64,000 nt of DNA from the human T2T-CHM13v2.0 reference genome, Homo sapiens. The notes below the pieces were generated by a model, which saw only the letters and a list, made by a program, of their open reading frames with translations, was not told where the DNA came from and searched no databases. Location of the stretch: NCBI RefSeq assembly GCF_009914755.1, contig NC_060929.1, one strand, 5' to 3'. Each line of letters opens with the position of its first letter. The first letter of the stretch is position 1. Of this stretch, positions 12,378 through 25,339 are shown piece after piece. The translations under genes were made by a program, and so were the position numbers.

Positions 12378-14083
12378 AAAAATTGGTATGGAGAAGTGGG
12401 GCTGTTGCTATAACAAATACCTAAAAATATATAATTAACTTTGGAACTGTGTAATGAGTAGAGGCTGGAAGAATTTGGAGGAGCAGGCTAGAAAAAAACC
12501 TAGATTGTCATGAATGAAGTGTTAGTGTTCAGAGCAATTCTGGTGAGAGATTAGAAGACCCCAGAACTAAAGACAGTCTAAATTTTCTTAGGAATCACTC
12601 ATGTGGTCCTGGTCAGAATGTTGGTAGAAATATAGACAGTAAAGCTCATTCTGATGAGGTCTTAGACAAAAATGAGAAACAAGGTATTGGAAACTGGAGT
12701 CAAGGCCATCCTTGTAATATAGTTGCAAATAACTTGGCTGAATTGTGTCCATGCCTTTAGGGCTTTATGGAATGCAGACCTTAAGAGCAATGAACTAGGA
12801 TATCTGGCAGAAGAAATATCTAAACAGCAAAGCATTCAGGCTGTTGTGTGGCTACTTTTAACCACACACAGATGTGAGAGGACATAAATAACTTAAAGAT
12901 GGAATTTATAATTAGAAAAGAAGCAGATCAGAAAAATATGGAAAATTTACAGCCTGGCCAGGTAAAGAGTAAAAAAAGCATGGTTAGGAGAGAATACTAA
13001 GGGTGTGGCCAAGCAAACATTTGCTAAAGAGGTTAGCACAGACAGAAGGAAGCCAGGTGTCATTCAGCAAGACAATGGGAGAAACAACCCAAAGTTATTT
13101 CAGAGATCTTTGAGGCTGCTCCTCCCATCACAGGCCCAGAGCTCTAGGAGGACAAGAAGGTTTCAAGGAATGGGCCTGGAGCATCCATGAGCTCACTGCC
13201 CAGGGCCTCCTTGGGACTGTGATTCTGCATTTCAGCACAGCACCCTTCAGCCACCCCAGCCATGACTCAAGAGGGCCCAGGTGTGGCTCAGGCTGCCACT
13301 CTGGATGGCACAAGTGGTGAGTCTTGGTGGCATCCATGTGGCGTTAAATCTGAAAGGTCTTAGGATGTAAGAGACATAAGGGGCTGGCTACCTCCACCCA
13401 GATTATAAAAGATGTCACAGATAGTGTGGGGGTCCATGCAGAAACTTGCCCAGGGATGGAGCTGCCACAAAGCATCCCTAATAGGGTAATGCCTAGTGAA
13501 GCCTTGGGAATGGGACTGCCACTGAGACCTCAGAGCTCTAGGGCCACCAGTGTCCAACTCCAGCCTGGGACAGCCACAGGCACAAGACTCCAACCTTAGA
13601 GAGCTCAAGTGTGGACTGAGACCACCAAAGCCATAGGAGCAGGGTTGCCCAGGCTGCCGAAGGCTTTGGGAGCCCAGCTACTCCCCAGGATGCCTAGGAT
13701 GCAGAATGTGCAATCGAAGGAGATTATTCTGGAGCTTTAAAACTTAATGTTGATTTTCTTTTTGGGTTTTGGACTCATTTGGGACCTATTACTTCTGTCA
13801 TCTTGCATTTTTCTCCCTTTTGGAATGGGAATGTCTATCCTATGCTTATCCTATTCTTGTATTTTGGAAGTAGATGACTTGTTTTGATTTCATAGATGAA
13901 GGAAATTTGCTTCAGTATGAATCATGCCTTGAGTCTCACCCCTATCTGATTTAGATGAGACTTTAGACTTTTGAGCTGACGCTGAAACAAGAATTTTGGA
14001 ATGATTGTGATGGAATGAATGTATTTTGTATGTGAGAAGGACACAACTTTTTTTTTGTCAGGGGGTGGGGGGCAGGGGTGGAT
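12378..14083 (+). mobile_element. MST-type MaLR internal region (~1.7 kb)
   Basis: Starts AAAATTGGTATGGAGAAGTGGGGCTGTTGCTATAACAAATACC (MaLR PBS region) and ends in a G-rich polypurine tract before the 3' LTR. Confidence 0.85.
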
Positions 14084-14438
14084 TGTTATGGTTTAAATGT
14101 TTCCTCCAAACCGTTTGAAATGTGATTGCAATTGTGACAGTATTAAGACTGGGACCTTTAAGAGGTGATCAGGTCACCTAATGAACCAAAGCCTTCATGA
14201 ATGGATTAATGCCATTGTTGTAGGAGTAGGTTAGTTATTGTGGAGGTTTGGACCCCTTTTTCTCTTGTTCTCATGTGCTCACTTGCCATTCTACTGCCCC
14301 TATCAGATGACTCTCGGCAGATGACAGTGCCATGCTCTTGGACTTCCCAGTCTTCAGAACTACAAGCCAAAGAAATTTCTATTCATTACAAATTATCCAG
14401 TGGCATTCTGTGATAGCAGCAGAAAACAGACTAAGACA
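14084..14438 (+). mobile_element. MST (MSTC/D-like) MaLR 3' LTR
   Basis: TGTTATGGTTTAAATGT...GCCATGCTCTTGGACTTCCCAG...GCAGAAAACAGACTAAGACA. Confidence 0.85.
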
Positions 14439-15094
14439 GTGATACTTCAAAGACAGGGTCAGGTTCAAAACCTGAGGGCATTTGTGGAATCCAGTGTGAG
14501 GACAGGAGTAAAAGGGACAACAAGAGATTCTCTCCCTTAAACATTAGGACCCTTCACTTCCCATCCTCAGTCAGCACTGAAGGCAGGGATTGGGAGGCCC
14601 TTGCTCCCCTCCCTCCCTACTTCATATGATATAATTTCAGCTGGTTCTGAATGTTTGATGAATGTTGTCAGTGATACCATCTGACTGTCAGGATGTTTTC
14701 TTGGGGGGCAAAACGCCCTTTGAATTCAGCTGACATCAATGGGATAACTGACAGCTGGGGGGAAACAGGAAGCACTCGTTGCAGAGATTGATGGGTGGCA
14801 GCACAGGCACCGATAGGTGCTTTAGCAGGACAGGATGAAGGCCTTGGGGTCCACTGCTGCCTCCTCTGCAGGATGAGAACACTGGTTCCCACTACGTGCA
14901 ATTGAGAAGCACAACTCCAAGGCAGAGGAAGAGGATTTATCACTGGTGAAAGTGTGCCTCATAGGATTGGTACTCTAAAACAAAAATGGGATTCTCAGCA
15001 GTACATAGGCAAGTATGGGAGCATGGGACTGAGGAACTTTTTATTTTGAGAGCAAGAACACAGTTTTGGATGTGTGTATGTGTCTTATTTTTTA

Positions 15095-15379
15095 CCTGTT
15101 TGAAACAGAGTCTTGCTCTGTCACACAGGCTGGAGTTCAGTGGCACCATCATGGCTTGCTGCAGCCTTGACCTCCTGGGCTCAAACAATCCTCCCACTTC
15201 GGCCTCCTGAGTAGCTGGGACTATAGGCATGTGCCACCATGCCTTCCTAATTATTTATTTATTTATTTATTTTGGTAGAGATGACGGCTTACTATTTTGC
15301 CCAGGCTGGCCTCAAGTGATCCTCCTGCCTTGGCCTCCCAAAGTGCTGGGATTATAGGCATGAGCCACTGCACTTGGCT
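15095..15379 (-). mobile_element. AluJ SINE
   Basis: Reverse Alu with J diagnostics and a small internal deletion. Confidence 0.9.
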
Positions 15380-15394
15380 TATATGTGTTTTACC

Positions 15395-16198
15395 ATGGTA
15401 AAATATATATAGCATAACAATTTCCACCTCAGAAATTTTTAAGTGTACAGTTCAGTAGTATTAAGCACATTTACATTCTTGTGCAACCATTACAACTACA
15501 CATCTTCAGAACATTTTTATCATTTTGAACTCCATACTCATTAAGCAATAACTCCCCACTGTTTCCTCTCCTCAGTAATATATAATAACAAGTATTTTTC
15601 TTTGTCTTTATGAATTTGACTACTCCAAATATGTCATATAAGTGGAATCGTGCAATATTTGTCCTTTTTTTTAAATTTGAGACAGGGTCTCCTGTTGCCC
15701 AGGCTGGAGGTCAGTGGCATGATCTTGGCTTACTACAGCCTCGAACTCCTGAGCTCAGGTGATTCTGCCACCTCAGCCTTGCGAGTAGCTGGTTACTACA
15801 GGCACGTGCCAGCACACCCCACTAATTTGTTGTATTTTTAGTAGAGACGAGGTTTTGCCACGTTTCTCAGGCTGGTCTCCAACCTTGGGCTGAAGCCATC
15901 CACCCACCTTTGTCTCCCAAAGTGGTGGGATTATAGGCATGAACCACTGTGCTTGGCCAATATTTGTCCTTTTATGTCTGGCTTATTTCACTTAACATAA
16001 TGTCTTCGAGGTTCATCCATGTCGCCACATGTATCATAATTTTCTTCCTTTCTAAGGTTGAATAATATTCCATTGTATGTATGCACCATATTTTGTTCAT
16101 CTATTAATTCACTGATACACATTTTGGTTGTTTCCACCTTTTGGCTATTGTGAATAACAACACTGCTATGAAGATGGGTTTGCAAATACCTGTTTGAG
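15395..16198 (-). mobile_element. L1MB 3' end, interrupted by an AluJ
   Basis: AAGTGTACAGTTCAGTAGTATTAAG...TGGCTTATTTCACTTAACATAATGTC...TTGGCTATTGTGAATAA. Confidence 0.85.
15669..15958 (-). mobile_element. AluJ inserted in L1MB
   Basis: Reverse Alu; TSD AATATTTGTCCTTTT. Confidence 0.9.
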
Positions 16199-17114
16199 AG
16201 CCTTGTGTTTTTGTCTTAAAAAATTAGCTGCTATCTACAGTTTGTTTAGGGTTAAAACAGTATTTACTTTTAATAGGTTACTGTTTTCATCCTTGAGTAT
16301 TGTACCAGCATGAGAGAAAGGAAGATCTTTTCAAACGTTTCACTAGAAAAAGTGGACATGACCTGGCAGCCTGAAGCATAGCATCTGTAACTTAATGCTA
16401 GTTAAAAAAAAAATCTTCTGATGGAAAAAAATCTTTCTTAGATTATTATGCTGCCAAACTTTAGAAAGTGTTGGTTGGTTTGAGTTTCTAAATCCTCACT
16501 AATTTCTTGACTTTACTTTCTGGTGTTTCAGGAGACAGCCAGAGTTCCTGTGCCCAGGTATAAGTGCCCAGCAGTTCTTGCTTTGGGCCTGTCTGCAACC
16601 TTTGTTAGAAAGTAAGAACTCTGCTTGTTTTATTTAACCATACTTTGCAGAGAGGAGAATTGAGGTGGCAGTGATGGAAGGAAACAATTACAGTGACTTT
16701 TGTAAGTGGTTAGAAGAGTGAAGCTGAAACTTAGGAAAGTGCTAATTTTGAGTGAAAGCCCGGCAGGGAAGTGGAAGTGAGAAAGCTGCATCTACCAGTT
16801 CTCCCTGTGGAGTATTTTCTTTAGGCTACAAAGCTAACGTGATGGAGAGCTCCCTGTGAATTTAGGGATTTCTGTACATTTTTAAACTGGAGTAACTAGT
16901 TCCTTTTCTTTTTGGTACAATGTATTCATTTCACTATTTTAAAGGGAGTTAAAGTTTTGGGCATTCACTTCTGGCTTGCTATTGTTGATATGGAGAGAAA
17001 CTGTCGAGATAGTTTCTTGCCCATGAAAATCCACGCCAATCGAATACACTGTAAAGTAGGCCATGAGAATCACAGAAATCATGGGAAAAACATCTTAGAA
17101 ATAAAAAGCTGTCT

Positions 17115-17840
17115 AGCTGAGTGCAGTGGCTCATGCCTGTAATCACAGCTCTTTGGGAGGCTGAGGCAGGAGGATGGCTTCAGCCCAGGAGATCAAGACC
17201 AACCTGGGAAACATGGTGAGACTCTGTCTCTACAGAAAAATAAGAAATTAGCCAGGTGTGGTGGTCCATGCCTGTAGTCCCAGCTACTTGGGAGGCTGAA
17301 GTGGAAGGATATTTTGAGCCCCCAAATTCAAGGTGGCTGTGCCTGTATTAGGGTTCTCTAGAGGGACAGAACTAATGGAATAGATACATATATAAAGGGG
17401 AGTTTATTAATTATTAACTCGCACGATCACAAGTTCTCACAATAGGCTATCTGCAGGCTGAGGAGCAAAGAGAGCCAGTTCAATTTCCCAAACTGAAGAA
17501 CTTGGAGTCCGATGTTTGAGGGCAGGAAGCATCCAGGACGGGAGAAAGATGTAGGCTGGGAGGTTAGGCCGGTCTCTCTTTTCACATTTTTCTGCCTGCT
17601 TATATTCTAGCTGTGCTGACAACTGATTAGATTTTGCCCAACCAGATTAAGGGTGGGTCTGCCTTTCCCAGCCTACTGACTCAAATGTTAATCTCCTTTG
17701 GCAACACCCTCCTAGACACACCCAGGATCAATACTTTGTATCCTTCAATCCAATCAAGTTGACACTCAGTATTAACTATCACAGTGCCACTGCACCCTGC
17801 ACTCTGGGCAAGCTATTGAGACCCTTTCTGTTTCAAAAAA
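17115..17840 (+). mobile_element. AluJ split by an MLT2A LTR (parts 17115-17343 and 17784-17840)
   Basis: The Alu right arm resumes GTGCCACTGCAC after the LTR. Confidence 0.9.
17344..17783 (-). mobile_element. MLT2A (ERV-L) solo LTR
   Basis: TGTATTAGGGTTCTCTAGAGGGACAGAAC...GACACTCAGTATTAACTATCACA; TSD GTGCC. Confidence 0.92.
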
Positions 17841-18208
17841 AGAAAAGTGGCAACGGGTCACAGCTGGACAGAGAATGACTTTGACGAGCTGACAGAAGCA
17901 GGCTTCAGAAGGTCGGTAATAACAATCTTCTCTGAGCTAAAGGAGCATGTTCTAACGCATCGCAAGGAAGCTAACACCTTGAGAAAAGGTTAGATGAATG
18001 GCTAACTAGAATAAATAACCTGATGGAACTGAAAACCATGGCATGAAAACTTTGTGATGCATACACAAGCTTCAATAGCTGATTCGATCAAGTGGAAGAA
18101 AGGATGTCAGTGATTGAAGATCAAATTAATGAAATAAAGTGAGAAGACAAGACTAGAGAAAAAAGAGTAAAAAGAAACGAACAAAGCCTCCAATAAATAT
18201 GGGACTAT

Positions 18209-18829
18209 GTGAAAAGACCAAATCTACCTTTGACTGGTGTACCTGAAAGTGACGGGGAGAATGGAACCAAGTTGGAAAACACTCGTCAGGATATTATCCA
18301 GGGGAAATTCCCCAACCTAGCAAGGCAGGCCCACATTCAAATTCAGGAAATACAGAGAACACCTCAAAGATACTCCCCGAGAAGAGCAACTGCAAGACAC
18401 ATAACTGTCAGATTCACCAAGGTTGAAATGAAGGAAAAAGTGTTAAGGGAAGCCAGAGAGAAAGGTCGGGTAACCCACAAAGGGAAGCCCATCAGACTAA
18501 CAGTGGATCTCTCGGCAGAACCCCTGCAAGCCAGAAGAGAGTGGGGGCCAATAGTCAACATTCTTAAAGAAAAGTTTCAGCCCAGAATTTCCTATCCAGC
18601 CAAACTAATTTTCGTAAGCGAAGGAGAAATAAAATCCTTTACAGACAAGCAAATGCTGAGAGATTTTGTCACTGCCAGGCCTGCCTTACAAGAACTACTG
18701 AAGGAAGCACTAAATATGGAAAGGAAAAACCGGTACCAGCACTACAAAAACATGCCAAATGGTAAAGGCCATCGACGCTGTGAAGAAACTGGATCAATTA
18801 ATGGGCAAAATAACCAGCTAACATCATAA
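18209..18829 (+). pseudogene. L1 ORF1p C-terminal remnant
   Basis: Translation KRPNL...GKPIRLTVDLSAE...PRISYPAKL is L1 ORF1p; upstream part disrupted. Confidence 0.9.
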
Positions 18830-19261
18830 TGACAGGATCAAATTCACACAAAACAATATTAACCTTAAATGTAAATGGGCTAAATGCCCCAATTAAAAGA
18901 CACAGACAGGCAAATTGGATAAAGAGTCAAGACCCATTAGCGCGCTGTATTCAGGAGACCCATCTCATGTACAGAGACACACATAGGCTCAAAATAAAGG
19001 GATGGAGGAAGATCTACCAAGCCAATGAAAAAAGCGGGGGTTTCAATCCTAGTCTCTGATTAAACAGACTTTAAACCAACAAACATCAAAAGAGACAAAG
19101 AAGGCAATTATGTAATGGTAAAGGGATCAATTCAACAAGAAGAGCTAACTATCCTAAATATATATGCAAAGCAAGTCCTTAGGGACCTACAAAGAGACTT
19201 AGACTCTCACACAATAATAATGGGAGACTTTAACACACCACTGTAAATATTACACAGATCA

Positions 19262-20833
19262 ATGAGACAGAAGGTTAACAAGGATATCCAGAACTTGAAC
19301 TCAGCTCTGCACCCAGCCAACCTAATAGACATCTGCAGAACTCTCTACCCCAAATCAACAGAATATACATTCTTCTCAGCACCACATCGCACTTATTCTA
19401 AAATTGACCACGTAATTGGAAGTAAAGCACTCCTCAGCAAATGTAAAAGAACAGAAATCACAACAAAGTGTGTCTCAGACCACAGTGCAATCAAATTAAA
19501 ACTCAGGGTTAAGAAACTCACTCAAAACCACACAACTACATGGAAACAGAACAACTTGATCCTGAATGACTACTGGACAATTAATGAAATAAAGGCAGAA
19601 ATAAAGATGTTCTTTGAAACCAATGAGAACAATGACACAATGTACTGGAATCTCTGGGACACATTTAAAGCAGTATGTAGAGGGAAATTTGTAGCACTAA
19701 ATGCCCACAAGAGAAAGCAGAAAAGATCTAAAATTGACACCCTAACATCACCATTAAAAGAACTAGAGAAGCAAGAGCAAACAAATTCAAAAGCTAGCAG
19801 AAGCCAAGAAATAACTAAGATCAGAGCAGAACTGAAGGAGATAGAGACACAAAAAACCCTTCAAAAAACCAATGAATCCAGGAGCTGGTTTTTTGAAAGG
19901 ATCAACAAAATAGATAGACTGCTAGCAAGACTAATAAAGAAAAGAGAGAAGAAACAAATAGATGCAATAAAAAATGACAAAGGGGATATCACCACCGATC
20001 CCACAGGAATACAAACTACCATCAGAGAATACTATAAACACCTGTATGCAAATAAACTAGAAAATCTAGAAGAAATGGATAAATTCCTGGACAAATACAC
20101 CCTCCCAAGACTAAACCAGGAAGAAGCTGAATCTCTGAATAGACCAATAATAGGTTCTGAAATTGAGGCAATAATTAATAGCCTACCAACCAAAAAAAGT
20201 CCAGGACCAGACGGATTCACAGCCAAATTCTACCAGAGGTATAACAAAGAGGAGCTGGTACCATTCTTTCTGAAACTATTCCAATCCATAGTAAAAGAGG
20301 GAATCCTCCCTAACTCATTTTATGAGGCCAGCATCAGCCTGATACTAAAGTCTGGCAGAGACACAACAAAAAAAGAGAATTTTAGACCAATATCCCTGAT
20401 GAACATTGATGCGAAAATCCTCAATAAAGTACTGGCAAATCAAATCCAGCAGCACATCAAAAAGCTTATCCACCATGATCAAGTGGGCTTCATCCCTGGG
20501 ATGGAAGGCTGGTTCAGCATACACAAATCAATAAAGACAATCCATCACATAAACAGAACCAATGACAAAAGCCACATGATTATCTCAATAGATGCAGAAA
20601 AGGGCTTTGACAAAATTCAACAGCCCTTCATGCTAAAAACTCTCAATAAACTAGGTATTGATGGGATGTATCTCAAAATAAGAGCTATTTATGACAAACC
20701 CACAGCCAATATCATACTGAATGGGCAAAAACTGGAAGCATTCCCTTTGAAAACTGGCACAAGACAAGGATGCCCTCTCTCTCCGCTCCTATTCAACATA
20801 GTGTTGGAAGTTCTGGCCAGGGCAATCAGTTAA
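19262..20833 (+). pseudogene. L1 ORF2p remnant (end of endonuclease to N-terminal part of reverse transcriptase), 523 aa
   Basis: SKIDH...[29 protein letters not shown] and [13 protein letters not shown] motifs; stops before the FADD motif. Confidence 0.92.
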
Positions 20834-21025
<192 letters not shown>

Positions 21026-22960
21026 TAACAGACAAACAGAGAGCCAAATCATGAGTGGACTCCCATTCACAGTTGCTACAAAGAGAATAAAATACCTAGG
21101 AATCATACTTACAAGGGATGTGAAGGACCTCTACAAGGAGAACTACAAACCACTGCTCGATGAAATAAAAGAGGACACAAACAAATGGAAAAACATTCCA
21201 TGCTCATGGATAGGAAGAATCAATATTGTGAAAATGGTCATAGTACCCAACGTAATTTATAGATTCAATGCCATCCCCATCAAGCCACCAATGACTTTCT
21301 TCATAGTATTGGAAAATCTACTTTGAAGTTCACATGGAACCACAAAAGAGCCTGCATTGCCAAGACAATCCTAAGCCAAAAGAACGAAGCTGGAGGCATC
21401 ACACTACCTGACTTCAAACTATACTACAAGGCTACAGTAACCAAAACAGCATGGTACTGGTACTAAAACAGATATATAGACCAACGGAACAGAACAGATG
21501 CCTCAGAAAAAACACCACACATCTACAACCATCTGATCTTCAACAAACCTGACAAAAAAAGAAATGGGGAAAGGATTTCATATTTAATAAATGGTGCTGG
21601 GAAAACTGGCTGCCCATATGTAGAAAGCTAAAACTGGGTCCCTTCCTTATACCTTATACAAAAATTAATTCAAGATGGATTAAAGACTTAAATGTTAGAC
21701 CTAAAACCATAAAAACCCTAGAAGAAAACCTAGGCAATACCAGTCAGGACATAGTCATGGGCAAGGACTTCATGACTAAAACACCAAAAGCAATGGCAAC
21801 AAAAGCCAAAATAGACAAATGGGATCTAATTAAACTAAAGAGCTTCTGCACAGCAAAGGAAACTACCATCAGAGTGAACAGGCAACCTACAGAATGGGAG
21901 AAAATTTTTGCAATCTACCCATCTGACAAAGGGCTAATGTCCAGAATCTACAAAGAACTTAAACAAATTTACAAGAAAAAAACAACCCCATTGAAAAGTG
22001 GGCAAAGGATATGAACAGACACTTCTGTAAAGAAGACATTTATGCAGCCAACAGACACATGAAAAAATGCTCATCATCACTAGTCATCAGAGAAATGCAA
22101 ATCAAAACTATAATGTGATACCATCTCATACCAGTTAGAATGGCAATCATTAAAAAGTCAGGAAACAACAGATGCTGGAGAGGATTTGGAGAAATAGGAA
22201 TGCTTTTACACAGTTGGTGGGAGTGTAAATTAGTTTAACCTTTGTGGAAGACATTGTGGCGATTCCTCAGGGATCTAGAACTAGAAATACCATTTGACCC
22301 AGCAATCCCATTAAACCCAAAGGATTATAAATCTTGCTACTATAAAGACAAATGAACACGTATGTTTATTGCAGCACTATTCACAATCGCAAAGATTTGG
22401 AACCAACCCAAATGTCCATCAATGATAGACTGGATTAAGAAAATGTCACACATATATACCATGGAGTACTATGCAGCCATAAAAAGGATGCGTTCATGCC
22501 CTTTGCAGGGACATGGGTGAAGCTGAAAACCATCATTCTGAGCAAACTATCACAAGGACAGAAAACCAAACACCACATGTTCTCACTCATAGGTGGGAAT
22601 TGGGCAATGAGAACACTTGGACACAGGGTGGGGAACATTACACACTGGGCCTGTTGAGGGTTGGGGGCTGGGGGAATGATAGCATTAGGAGAAATACCTA
22701 ATGTAAATGACAAGTTGATGAGCAAACCACCATGGCACATGTATACCTATGTAACAAACCTGCACATTGTGCACATATACCCTAGAACTTAAAGTATAAT
22801 AAAACAAAACAAAAAAACCCACAAAAATTAAAAAAAAAAAAAGAAAAGTGACCTAAAAAGCAAACTGTTGCTAAATGATGGAAATAAGATGAAAAGCATA
22901 CTATTTTCTGGCATTAATTTATTTATTCTTTGTAGTTTTATCTCCATAGTAAAGGCTTAT

Positions 22961-23663
22961 TGTAACCAAAAGATGGTCCGGCTGCTCTCCACTTGTAGAA
23001 AAAAAAGCCAAAATGACAAGAGTGAGGGGTGATAAAAAGAGTGAATTTTATTATCTGTTGCCAGAAGTGGGGAAGAGGCCAGAATCCTTTCTGAAAATTG
23101 CCACCTTTCCAATTTCTGAAGAGAGGGCAGGGGTTTTAAGAAGGGGACTTGGAATATGGGGGAGGAAAGGAGGGGCTAGGAGGTGCCAGGTGGCGTGACT
23201 CACTCCAATGGCTTATCTTGAATTCTTGTTCCATCTGGTGAAGGGGCCGGCTCCATCGTGGACCTAACTAGGTTACAGATTAATTGCTGTCAATCTTGCT
23301 GTTAATTTCTAGCTGGGAGTGAACTCCGCCCTCGAAGTATCTTCAGCTGGGGAGAGAGTTCTGGCGGTGCCTAGGTTGTGTCAGAATTCGGCCCTTGAAG
23401 CTTCTAAGGAAATATATGACCAGCTAAGTGGGCATGGTGTGAGCGTAAGAAACATCCAGGTAAATAAATGTGCATATGGCGTGAGAGCATAAGGTGGGTT
23501 GAAAGGGAAGGGAGTGGAGTTTTAAAGCACATTCCAAGGCTGTATTTCCGGACAAAAGAAAACACATCCATAGTTTGTCTCAAAGCTATGTTTTGAGACT
23601 GGGGAAAAGGAGGAAAGAAAAAAAGTTTTAAAATGCAATTTGAAGCTAAGCTGCTCGGTTACA
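22961..23663 (-). mobile_element. ERV1-class solo LTR (MER87-like; family uncertain)
   Basis: TGTAACC...GGTTACA termini, near-TSD TTAT/TTAG, minus-strand AATAAA. Confidence 0.7.
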
Positions 23664-23845
23664 TTAGGTGTACCTGTTATTAAGCGAGTGAGTGTCCAAG
23701 TTAACAGCTCATACATTGCATAAGTGATAAAGTCTCTAAGGTTGAATAGGAAAAACTTTTAAAGAAAAAAGGTAGCAGCAATATTTGCATGTAAGAATCA
23801 GAAAATGTACGTACTTACAGCTGTTAAGTGTGACTACAACTGAGA

Positions 23846-24471
23846 TGTTACTGGAAAGGGGTCCTGATCCAGACCCCAAGAGAGGGTTCTTGGACCTTAA
23901 TCAAGAAAGAATTTGGGGTGAATTCATAGAGTAAATCAAAAGCAATTTTATTAGAGAAATAAAGAAGCAAAAGAATGTCTACTCCATAAGCAGAGCAGTG
24001 GAATGGTCTGTTCGACTGAGTAGTAATTTCTTGATTATATACTAAATGAGGGGTAGATTATTCATGAGCGTTCCAAGAAAGGGGCAGCTTAGGGCTTCTC
24101 ACACTTTTAGATCATATAGGGTAACTTCTGGACATTGCCATGGCATTTGTAAACTGTCACAGTACTGATGGGTTGTTTTTTTTTTTTTTAGCATGCTAAT
24201 ACCTTATAATTAGTATATAATGAGTAGGGAGGATGACCAGAGTTCACTTTCATCTTGGTTTTGGTGGGTTTTGGCTGGCTTGTTTACCAGATCTTGTTTT
24301 ATCCGCAGGGTCTTTATGACCTGTACCTTGTGATATCAACCCTGCCAACCTCCTGTCTCATCCTGAGACTAAGAATGCCTAAACTCCCGGGAACGCAGCT
24401 CAGTAGGTCTCACCTTGTTTCATCCAGCCCCTATTCAAGATGGAGTTACTCTGGTTCAAACGCCTCTGACA
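23846..24471 (-). mobile_element. MER41B solo LTR
   Basis: TGTTACTGGAAAGGGGTCCTGATCCAGACCCCAAGAGAGGGTTC...TTCAAGATGGAGTTACTCTGGTTCAAACGCCTCTGACA; flanks GAGA/GAGG. Confidence 0.9.
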
Positions 24472-24802
24472 GAGGTAATATTCATTTTTAAAAGCCATCC
24501 TTTTCTTTTTTGCCTTTCCATGTATTTTTCTTCTACATCCTGAGGGATTCATATGGCTGGGGATAGAGGTAAAGTTAAAGGATTGTTACAGTGGAAATAT
24601 AAAGAGAAAGAAAGAATTTGTGTTCAGTTTCTGGTATTTCAAACAGGATTTTGCATTAAGGCAATAAGCTTGCAAGACAGACATTATTGAGGATGGACCA
24701 TTTTTCTCAGTTTCCTCAAATTTTATACATATCAAGAACCAAACAGGGAGGATTTTGATCAGTATCGTTTCTTCCACAAAGATTAAAAAAAAATACCCCC
24801 TT

Positions 24803-25339
24803 TGATATTGTGAAATATATCTGTGGTCTCTGTCTGATATCCTGAGATACAACTCCTAAAATCCTTGAAATCCCCAGAGTAGTAGGTGTGTTTATGTATG
24901 CCGATGAGTTGACTGATGGCTGGAGGCTCCTGGGTGACCTCAGGATGGGGACTGATTGCCATGGGAACCAACTATGTGATGAGAGGTTGGAACTTTCAGT
25001 CATACCTACCAGTCAAACCTGAAGAGGGGATTGTGGGAACCCTGATATATAGCTGATAGGTTAGAAGCACAGGTAAAACAACATGAGGCTTACAAGTGTC
25101 ATCTGAAGTCAGGGGCAGTCTTGTGAGGGCTGAGCCCTCAACCTGTGGGATTTGATGCTATCTCCAGGTAGACAGCGTCACAATCTAATTGAATTAGAGG
25201 ACACCCAGGTGGTGTCCACTGCAGAACTGATTGGTCGGTTGGTGTTGGGGGAACAATCCCCACACATTTGGTCATAGAAGCATTCTGTGTTGTGAAAGTA
25301 GAGAGTTGTGGGAGAAAAAACAGTTTGCTTTTCTGCACA
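24803..25339. mobile_element. MER21 (B-like) LTR with internal deletion
   Basis: TGATATTGTGAAATATAT...CAACTCCTAAAATCCTTG...CTGAGCCCTCAACCTGTGGGA...CCCACACATTTGGTCA. Confidence 0.8.

Noticed and set aside
19262-20833. 523-aa ORF as a functional or domesticated reverse-transcriptase gene
   Set aside because: It is a collinear piece of an ordinary decayed L1PA ORF2; it lacks the endonuclease N-terminus and stops before the catalytic FADD motif.
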